DNA from: Chiloscyllium plagiosum | Taxonomy: Eukaryota | DNA length: 64,000 bases | Assembly: GCF_004010195.1 (NCBI RefSeq) | Contig: NC_057711.1 | Span: 78,339,156-78,403,155, forward strand | Direction: 5' to 3' | Shown here: positions 54,321 through 64,000 of the stretch, in pieces | Numbering within the stretch: position 1 is the first letter of the stretch | Layout of the letters: every line of letters starts with the position of its first letter | Notes under the pieces: model-generated | What the model was told of the DNA's origin: nothing | The model's database searches: none | The model's input: the letters and a program-made list of their open reading frames with translations, nothing else | Position numbers and translations under genes: made by a program

Positions 54321-54909
54321 AATACAAATTGCCTGATCCCTTGTGTGGATCTACAACATATTATTCTCGGAAACCATCGCAAAAGCACCCTCTGAATTCT
54401 TCCTTGTGACTATCTCTGCAAATCTGACGACAGTAAAAGTCGCTCGTGATTAAAGTATTGCCTTTTTTATATACCTATATTATCTTCACATTTATTTGCT
54501 GTCCCACAGAATTACTGCTGTTAGGAAGCCTATGAACTATCCCCTATCAATGCCTTCTTCCTTGTTTTTATCTTCACCCAAATGGATTCTACATTATTTC
54601 ACCCCAGATCATTTTTTACTAACGTACTAATTCCATCTCACACTAAAAGCCACCACACCACCCTTCCCTTCCTGCCAGTCTTTCAAAAGGTCTTATGCCC
54701 TAGAATACTCAGTTACAGCTTTGATCTTTTTCTAACCGTTTGTCTGGAATGGCTAGAAGATCAGCCCCATTAACTTCTATTTATGCTGTTAAATCATCCA
54801 TTTTTATTCCAAATTCTTTGTGCGTTCAAGAGAAGAGCCATTAATTTTGTCTTATTACCTCTGTTGCCCCTTTGTCCCTCTTTACGACTTTTTATTATGC
54901 TTTTATAAC

Positions 54910-55235
54910 CTAGTAGTATTATCGCTGGACTGTTAATCCTGAGACCCAGTTAAAGTTCTGGGGATCTGGGTTCAAATCTCACCATGGCAGATGGTGGATT
55001 GTGAATTCAATAAAAATCTGGAATTGAGAGTCTAGTGATGACCATGAACCCATTGATGATTGCTTGAAAAATCCAACTGGTTCACTAATGTTCTTCAGGA
55101 AAGCAAATCTGCCATCCTTACCTGTTCTGGTCGAGATGTGAGTCCAAACCCACAGCAATGTGGTTCACTCTTAACTGCCTTCTGGACAATAATGATGGCC
55201 AAACCAGCGATATCCTCATCCCATGAATAAATAAA
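54910..55235 (+). mobile_element. Second-family tRNA-derived SINE (L2-tailed)
   Basis: tagtagtattatcgctggac head, GGTTCAAATC B-box, shared core and catcccatgaataaataaa tail. Confidence 0.8.
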
Positions 55236-57811
55236 AAAAATTAGGTTTCTTCCTGTCCCACAATGGATAGCACTGTCAAAATGGCTGCCCTGCAATGACG
55301 CCATATCCTTTGGATTTGCAAGTCTACATTTTCTTCCTGCCGAATCTTACCCTTCTCTAACTAGTTTAAAGCCCATTCTCTGCTTGAATTATTCAATTCA
55401 ACAGGATTCTGGTCCTAGTACAGCACAAGTAAAGCCTGGCCAACCAGACTAGCTCTTTTCTACCCTGGTCCAGACGGCAGTGTCCAATGAACCAAAACCA
55501 ATTACACCACACCAATCTTGAAGCCATGTATTTAACTTTCACTTTATTTACATTATGGCAATCTGCCTATGGTTCAGGTAGCAATCCTGACATCAACTTG
55601 GGTCAGTATTTAATTTAGCTCCTAATTGTTCAAAATCTTTCCGCAAAACCTCCATTCCAGTCTTATCAATGTCGTTACTACCAATGTGGATGAGGATTAC
55701 GAGATAATTCCCTTCCCCTTCCAAGCTCTTGCCCAGTCCCAAGGAGATAGCAGCATAGAAGTTAGAAGTAGCAGTGGACCATTCAGCCCTTCAAACCTGC
55801 TCAGCCATTCAACATGATCATGGCTGATCATCCAAATCAGTACCCGGATCTTGATTTAGATGTCTTTAACACTGGCACAGGGCAGATAATACAGCCTTTA
55901 GGCCTCCCAATTACAGTTGCATAGAATAGTGTCTATGCCCCAAAATATACTGTCTCCCAAAACAATTACTTCCTATTTCATCCCCCAACTTGAATTGCTC
56001 CCTGTACCTTTGTGTCACTACAGTCCTCACTCTCATCCATACAGGTTGCAAGAATCTCAATATTCAACAATGGGGAAAAAATGTAGAATAGGGCGCTGGA
56101 AAAGCACAGCAGGTTAGGCAGCATTTGATAAGCAGGAGAATCGACATTTCGGGCAAAGCCCTTCTGGGCTTGGGATCGCTGAGAGTTGCCCATTCGGTCT
56201 AGAGATCTACCTCACGAACAATCACATCTTCCTGTCCTTGATCATAAATAAAGTTTGAATTACCTGATTTAAGTGGTCGTGGGCAATCAATAAACTGGAC
56301 AATGAGGCGCCATGAATAAATCCATACTAGATGACAGACCCAAGCACAGGGATGCGTAAGAAAAAGCTGAAGCATTCACAGCCATCTTCAGTGAGAAGTG
56401 TTGTGTAGATTATCAATCTTTGACTCTTCAGGAGGTCCTCATCATTCCAAGTGATTGGTAGGTAGCCAATTAATTCCTCAAAATCAAGAAATTGGTGATT
56501 AACCTGGATACAGCAAATCAGAACTCCTGTTATTCAAGCTGTATGATTTGTGCCCTGGCACGAACCAACCCTCTGTTAAGCTCTCTCAGAGCAGCTACAA
56601 TTTTTTTGTTTATTGCCAGAATTTATTGCTCATCCCCAATCGCATCCAGAGGGCAATTAAAAGTTAATCACATTACTGAATCTGGAGTCACATGTAGGCA
56701 AGTTGAGACAAGGACTGCAGATTTTCTACTCTAAAGGACATGAGTTAACCACAAGTATTTATGAGAACTGACAATAGCTAAATGGTTACCACTGGGTCAG
56801 CTCTTTTCCCAAATTTTAATGAATTCAAATTTCACCTCTGCCATGGCAGGATTTGAACCCACCTCCCAGGGTTCTACATTGTTTGTCCAGTGACATTAAT
56901 ACGTGCCACCATCTCCCCATACACTGCCATGTCACTGAATAAAATTGAAAATTGCCCAACGTGTCCTGTCCACAAAAGTTAGAGAGATATCCAAAATCTT
57001 TCAACTGTTGTCCTATCAGCTGACCCTGAATACAAGTGGAGGAAGATGTCATTGAGGGTTAATCGGAAAACTGGCACCCCATGCATCAGCTTAAACATCC
57101 ATTCCATGTACCAGTGACACACGGTCAACAGCATATACCAACTAAAAGGTACACTGCAACAACTAACCAAAGATTCTTCCATGCTGAAGCCCAAATCTGC
57201 AACTTCTACCACTGAGAAAATCAAAAGCAGCATGCATGACAATAACACTTCCTCCACATTATAATATATGCTGAACTGGAAAGACATCAATATTTATTCA
57301 TCATCACTAAATCAGAATCACTGAGCTCCTTACTAAAATGACAGTGGGTGTACCATCACTATTAGAATTGCTGTTCAAGGTTGCAACTCACCCTCTCACT
57401 TGCAATCAGGCTTAGGTAACAAGTTACAATTACTGACAGTAAGACTTCACAACAGAGATTTCTTACCTTTCTGACTTAGTGTTCTGGCTCCTTATGTCAT
57501 GGCCCTTAAACCCTGGCACCGAAAACATAAACCTGTTCCATAAACAGCCAGTTTCAAACTAGAATAAAATGTATAGAACGCTCAGATGCTGGAAATGTGG
57601 CATAATGAAGCATTTGTGAAACTCAGCTGGTCTGTCATCATAGACAGACACCGAGAGGGGCAGACACAGAGCGTTAAACTGTCAAGTTCAATGTGATTCT
57701 TATACTGGAATCTAAACGTTAACATTAACATTTGCTCTCCACAAATGCTTCCACACCTATTGAGTTTCTCCAGCACTGTTTGCATTTCAAACTAACATCT
57801 TATTCACTGTT

Positions 57812-58149
57812 GGAGGTAAAAACAATGGCTGCAGATGCTGGAAACCAGATTCTGGATCAGTGGTGCTGGAAGAGCACAGCAATTCAGGCAGCATCCGAAG
57901 ACAGGCAAAATCGACGTTTCGGGCAAAAGCCCTTCATCAGGAATAAAGGCAGAGAGCCTGAAGCGTGGAGAGATAAGCTAGAGGAGGGTGGGGGCTCCCC
58001 ACCCCCACCCTCCTCTAGCTTATCTCTCCACGCTTCAGGCTCTCTGCCTTTATTCCTGATGAAGGGCTTTTGCCCGAAACGTCGATTTTGCCTGTCTTCG
58101 GATGCTGCCTGAATTGCTGTGCTCTTCCAGCACCACTGATCCAGAATCT
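57812..58149. mobile_element. PLE-derived palindrome, 148-bp arms, 7-nt spacer, 15-bp TSD
   Basis: 57847-57994 is the reverse complement of 58002-58149, with no mismatch seen. Tail 57812-57846. atcttattcactgtt at 57797-57811 and 58146-58160. Confidence 0.95.
58052..58087 (+). ncRNA. Minimal type-I hammerhead ribozyme-like motif (mirror copy on minus at about 57909-57944)
   Basis: CUGAUGA-A-GGGC-UUUU-GCCC-GAAA-CG-UC: intact core boxes, 4-bp helix II and palindromic ACGU helix III, as in PLE minimal hammerheads. One extra A before helix II and a weak helix I. Activity untested. Confidence 0.65.
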
Positions 58150-60203
58150 TATTCACTGTTACCTACTGAACTTAAAGACTTTGTCTTTTAGCAAACAGGA
58201 TCATGTCAAAAATCACCATTTTGGAAACAGACCTCCGTTCTGATTTCATGAGTTTACATCAACATTACTTCAGTTTTGTATCCTTAGCAGTTTACTTTGG
58301 TTTGAAAACATTTTGGCAGAACAGTATCACACCTCTCCTCAAAAGACAGGAGTTTAACTGTACAATGTTTTTAAATTCAACTTTGTATTTCACATCCAAT
58401 ACACAAGAGCACAATAACAACCTACAGATTTAAAAATCTCACTTCCAAACTCCTTCATCTTTCCAACTTCCACACATTCTATATGTGTTAAAAGATATAA
58501 ATGGCAATACTTTGATGTGATGTTTATAAATACTGAATATAACTGGCAAATTTTGCATCCTTCTGTTCTTTATTTTACTTACAGGGTATGGAAACACTTG
58601 AGCTGTGGCAATAATATTTGGAAGGATAATAATGAGCACTCTGCAATAACTGTCAGAAATGACTGGACATTCTGAGGCTCCTATCTCTTTTAGACTAAAC
58701 GCTGACCAATAACCCTATGGTGATCCTTGAAATTATGATAGAATTTCATAGGCATAACTAAAGGTGATTCCCTTTGAGATTCCAAAAGTAGAATTAAGGA
58801 AAACATAATTTACCAACATATCCAAAGTGAGATTTTTCAAAAATCTTATCTACACAAGGGGTAGCTGGAATGTGGAACAAATTGCTGGTTAAGACAGCAT
58901 GAATGTCTTTAAAGAGAAGATACATTTATGAACACATGGAACAAGTGGAACAGAACAGAATATATGTTGACAGAGTTGGGAGGAGTTGAGTGGCAGAAGG
59001 CTTGAATGAATATAGGTAATGGCATAAACTATTTCAATAAAAAAGCTTGTTTCTGTGCTGGGAATTGTATAGAATTCCATGCAAAAACAAGAACTGTTTT
59101 AATCAAAGGAAACAATAGAATTTCATAAATCAATTTGTATTCTTCAATAATGCAGAGACTTTTAAACCAAAGTATTCCACATCGTTAAAGAAAGTAGTGT
59201 CTGAAATGCAAATGTTCTTAATGGCTTGCCACATTTTCCTGCACTATGTTGGGGTGAATTAGTACTTACAAAATTTTAAAAAGCTCTGACATTAAAGAAA
59301 TGGATTTTAGCATTTGAACATAATATCATAATGTAACTGTTTTTTTAAAAAACGGAGAAGAGTTCACTCATTGAAAATACTAATTTATTATACAAGACAT
59401 CCAAAGGAGACAGAGTAACCCCATTGATAATACTTTTTAACAGTTCAGAAGTTTCTTCCTGGAGGTTAATGCATGCACCCTCAAAGAAATTCCATACAAT
59501 CCAAATTCATTATAACAAATGAATATTGCTGCAATTTACCAGAACTTAATAGCAAAGCATACCACAGCAGAATAGTTAGGAGTATTCCTATCATTTTCAT
59601 GCTTTTTTCAGTGACTATTAGCTTAATACAACAGACCAAACATACTTTCAAACCAAGATGAAAATTTCCAATCCAGTAAAATATGGTACTGCAAGCATAT
59701 AATATTTCAATGTAAACATCAATCACAATTAACTTTTCCATCTGACAACATTCCAAGTTTAGAATTGCTGCTGGTTTAATGAATAAGCTGAAACATGCAT
59801 TTCTCATGCAATTGTTTGGAAATTAATTCAAATCGATCAAGTTTACCTTCCATCAGAAACTTACCTTAAAGTCAAAAGCATGTTACTTTTCTTCAAGTGA
59901 ACAGAAATGTGTTTTGTAAATTTGCAAATCGCCCATACAGTTTTCAAGTCTTAAATATTCAGCCTAGCAGTGTTTAATTTTAAATCAGAACCAACCCACG
60001 CTCATCGTAGCAGCCATTAATTTAAAAAAAAACTGATAAACGATCACAGCTTTGGATAAAATCACAGCTGAATTAAGCTATGAAATGTTTTGAAGGGACC
60101 AATCTAGTGTACTACATTTTAAAATTGGCTGTGGTTAAAATGTAAAATCAAAAAGGTTTCTCTATCACAAAGTACTATAAAATTTGCAATAACATTCATT
60201 TAC

Positions 60204-60388
60204 CTTATTGTACTCAAATTTGTACTGTATTTTGAGTGTATCCATTGCTCTGATCATAGCCTGCATGGCAGTGAAGATATTCTGATAAACCAGTTTTGTG
60301 AAGCCTCGTTTGTCCTCATCCGAGTATCCTGTACCATGGATGATTCGCATCTGTTTGATGAATGTGCTCTTGCCACTTTCTCCTGTAC
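60204..60388 (-). CDS. GNAQ: Internal coding exon (exon 2 equivalent) of a Gq-class heterotrimeric G-protein alpha subunit, most likely GNAQ
   Basis: Encodes (G)[61 protein letters not shown], including the P-loop. Acceptor ttttctcAG (AG at 60390-60389) and donor GTAAAT from 60203. Length 185 bp, phase 1 to 0, as in GNAQ/GNA11 exon 2. SDEDKRG and AMDTLKI fit GNAQ better than GNA11 (SEED, AMETL) or GNA14 (DEDRKG, LRI). The exon call is near-certain; the paralog call is less so. Confidence 0.9.
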
Positions 60389-61909
60389 CTGAGAAAAACA
60401 AACAAACAAGTACAGGGTCAACAATATTGATTTCTACCTGACAAAGGTTCCTAACAATTAGAAGGTATTAAACAAAATGAAATGAAATTAAATCAATGGC
60501 TAAAGCCAATTACAAGAAAATAAGTTAACACATTATTTTTTGGCTGTGAACATAATATGCTTTTTTAAAAAAAAAGTTTAAAGCTGCTCAAGTCTTGAAT
60601 GACAGACTATCAAAACTTTTTTCCACATGACTATGTATTAACAGTTTAATAATTTTAAGTCTAACATCTATGTTTATTTACCACATTCTTCATTTGTTTT
60701 GATAGCTACTTAAAATGAATGGATTGTTCAAATCTCTAAACTTCTAACATGACATTATTTTAATTAACATTGACAAACTATTCATTTGGTTGGGATTTTG
60801 AGTACTTTTATATGCATTTTAATATTCTAAATGTAAAATCTCAAAACCTGGACATTTAATGGCATTGCCATCACTCGCATCTCCCACTATCAATATCCTG
60901 GGGGTTTATCATTGACAAGAAACTGAACTGGACTTGCCATATACTGTGGCTACAACAGTAAGTCAAGAGACTAGGAAGCCACAATTCCCAGCCAAATGGA
61001 AAATGGCTAAGTCAAGTCAAAAAAAATTCCAGCATGCTCCCAAGTTGGGTCATGGGTTTTATAAAATTACTCTTTAGATTATTAAAAAGCTCAAGAAGTA
61101 AAGACATGCAGAACTATAAACAAAAGCTTCATCTTCATCAGAACTTAATGTCAAAGATCAAATGGAGGAAAGACTAATCAGAGTACAGAGGTTTCCACAA
61201 CTTTTTTTTTTGGTAGCACCCTTCTTCTGTCTTTTGGACATTTAAATCTTATATTCATCTTCCTCCCTTTTCTGAAAATCTGTATTTTGTAGTCCCTCTG
61301 AAAACAGAGGGGGTCAATCTTGTTGGTTTCATAAACTTGAAAAAAAATGCGAAGATAAGTTTAAAATATTCACTGAAAACGAAAAAAGTGCTGGAAATGA
61401 CAGATCAGATAGCAACCGTTGAGAGAGCAAGCTAATGTTTTGAGTCTAGATGGACTATTCAAAGCTGACGTGAAGTGTCCAGTATCTACAGTAATTTGCT
61501 CCGATATTGTGTTTAAAATATTCACCTCTGCCTTCAGCCATATAGAAATAATTTGTCTCAAATAGATAACAGCTTCAAGAGTTTTTACTTCATCCATAAA
61601 TCAAAGCAAAAGGAGGCCTATTGTGGAATTGCCTTAGCATGTTCTGTATGCTTGAATGATTTTACAACCAAAGTATCACCACCTTGAGTCACAGTTACAG
61701 CATTCTTTGTTTGATCTCGTTAATTCTTGTTTTTTTGTCATAAATCTCTATAAACATAAGAAAAATCCCTTCAAGCATGTCTTTCAACATGCTTAATTGC
61801 TGATTTGTCTTAACTCCATTTTCCCATCTGCTGCTTATATTCTTTGAGAGACTCAATGCTAGCCTCGAATATACATAATGAATCTACATTTTGGATAGAG
61901 AATTCCAGA

Positions 61910-63130
61910 TTTTTGCTGACAATACAAAGATAGGTGAAAAAGTAAGTTGCGAAAAGGACACATGGCAGTTACGTAAATAGGCAAAGATCTGGCAAATAGA
62001 ATCCATTGGGATAGGGAGAAGCAAAAAAAGCGTATTATCTAAATCAGGTCTTAAGTTTGCTAAGCTGGTCGACTTGTTCTCTGATGTTTTGGTACTATGC
62101 TAGGTAACATCACCAGTGACCTCCGAAGTGGTGGTGTTCTGTCCCACTCACTATTTATTAGTCTTGGCTTGTTGTGGTGGGTGATATCATTTTTGGTTCT
62201 ACTTTCTGAGAGGTTAGCATTCAAACTAGAACTTCATTAACAAACATATCGATTTGGACCCCATTTACCAACCTCTCAGTAGAACAAAAGTGATATCACC
62301 CACTACAACAGACCAAGACAAATAAAAAGTGAGCGGGACAGAACACCAGCGCTCCATCGGAGGGTCACTGATGATGTTACTTAGCATAGTGACGAAACAA
62401 CCGAGAACAAATCTATCAGCTCAGTGAGCAAACTTGCAACCTGAGCTACAAATCCTCTCCAAAATTGGAAATATTATCTAAATGGTGGGAGATTTCCCAT
62501 CTCCAAGATGCAGACAGTCCTGGGTGTCCTACTGTATGTGTCACAAAGATTAGAATACAGATACAACAAGTTATCAGGGAAACAAAATGTTACTATTTAT
62601 TGCAAAGAATTGTTTTAAAATGTTATGCTTCAGCTATACAGAGCATTAGAACGCCTGGAACACAATATACATCACTGATCCCCTTAAGCAGGGATGTAAA
62701 CACATTGGAAGTAGTTAGGAGACAGATTTCCAGACTAATATCTGGAATGGGTAGGCTTTTTTTAATGAAAGAGTTCACAGGCTAGACTTGTATTCACTAA
62801 TTCAGGAGAGGCGACTTGTTCTAACATATATCGTGAGAGATCTTGACAAGGATTTAGCTCTTTGAAAAAATCTAGAATGGGGATCAGAATTTAAGACAGA
62901 TGAGCAGAATTTGTTTATTCTAAGAGGATTGGAACTAGTTTCCCTAAAATGTAATGGAAGCAGCATTTTGTAATATTTTTAAAGGCAGAAGTAGACAGGT
63001 CCTTGGTGTGCAAGGGACGAAAGTTTATGGGTAGATTAAGGTTGCAATTCGACCAGCTCTGACCTCAAGTGACAGAGCAGGATCAAGCAGCTAAATAGCC
63101 TCTTCCTCCTCCTAACCAGTGTCTGTATGA
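61910..63130 (+). mobile_element. Decayed CR1 RT/3' fragment hosting a PLE fold-back
   Basis: ttttgctgacaatacaaagataggt (FADNTKIG), RLISGM, and 3' end aaatagcctcttcctcctcctaa..tgtatg. Confidence 0.65.
62045..62471. mobile_element. PLE-derived fold-back insertion (second PLE family) with 12-bp TSD
   Basis: Imperfect arms at about 62045-62217 and 62268-62443. The centre encodes INKHIDLDPIYQPL, as at 3260-3305. tattatctaaat at 62033-62044 and 62472-62483. Hammerhead CTGATGA-T-GTTACT-TAGCAT-AGTGAC-GAAAC at 62368-62398. Confidence 0.88.
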
Positions 63131-64000
63131 CCAGGAATAGTTTTCTCTCTTCTGCATGTCTTAAGTTCAAGAACTGGTCTCCAAAAAGAACTCTTTGATT
63201 TTGAAACATCACTCAAATCCTATTCCTTACATCTAAACTAACTGCAGCTGCAATTGAAAAACAAAATAGTGCAAGTTTCACATGTTTGTCAATGTTTAGC
63301 GTTTTATTTATAATAGTTATGTGGAAGCAGCAGTTACCCAACATTACAACAGATGTATCAGGAAATTGCAACATGTTCTACAAAGCCATTTTCAGTCAAT
63401 TACTTTAAACTAGTTCAAAGAATAAAAAGTATCTGATTAGACACAAAATAAAACTCATTTTTGCCTTGGATTTTACAAGTCATGACTGCGAGTGATATGC
63501 ATCCTACCAAAATAAAAATGCTAATTTTGGTTTCACGCAACTCATCCTGAGAGATTATATTATTTGCAATCAGCACTTAGAAGTCTGAACACAAATTGGA
63601 CTTTAAATTATTGGTGTTTAAATGGTCTAATGAATTAGGTCCAATATTCATTTTTAACAACCACTTATATTCATGGAATTGCCTTGAATAGGATAATTCT
63701 CTCGTACAAAGGGTTCTTGCAATGGCAAATATACATTCAAAACTCACCATCTTGCATACACAGTTGTTATAAAGTGGAGACTGCTCTGGCCACTAAAGTC
63801 ATTGGTCATCCAACAGATGAACTCAGTTCAGCAAGGCAATACAAAATACTAAAACAGTATAGTGAACTGTGTAAGCATCCACAAATGGTTGACATATATG
63901 AGTCAAGAAGATTAAACTATAATGAAGACAACAGCTACATTCTCATGCCTTTACTATCACTTGCACTCAGTTAGACAAGAGGAAAAAAAAAGCCCTTCAG

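Noticed and set aside
57732..58156. Mirror-image ORFs on both strands
   Set aside because: A consequence of the palindrome; no coding evidence.
60165..60401. 78-aa ORF as a stand-alone small G protein
   Set aside because: MFFS and [12 protein letters not shown] are intron read-through. The splice sites delimit 60204-60388.
1..64000. CRISPR arrays, operons, rRNA or viral genes
   Set aside because: Eukaryotic intronic DNA. No regularly spaced repeat-spacer array and no intact long non-TE ORF seen.

Overview
Vertebrate genomic DNA, very probably from a shark. This is inferred from HE1-like V-SINEs, HER1/CR1-like LINEs and the overall repeat mix. The only host-gene piece I can support is one 185-bp coding exon of a Gq-class G-protein alpha subunit on the minus strand (60204-60388). 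It matches exon 2 of GNAQ and has canonical AG/GT sites. I found no further exon, so 1-60203 is probably part of a very large intron 2 and 60389-64000 is intron 1. The rest is a dense, nested set of decayed transposons: CR1 (one copy with an esterase ORF1), L2-like, L1, Tx1, Rex1, Penelope-like elements (PLEs), two tRNA-derived SINE families, probable solo LTRs and a possible Harbinger relic. There are two N gaps. The most striking structure is a recurrent class of short PLE-derived fold-back insertions, with at least five from two families. Each has 12-15 bp target-site duplications, two diverging inverted arms, a one-sided ~28-40 nt tail and a minimal hammerhead-ribozyme motif. The arrangement means the antisense arm is transcribed before the ribozyme on either strand. 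Family names come from motif recognition, not database searches, and boundaries of old repeats are approximate.
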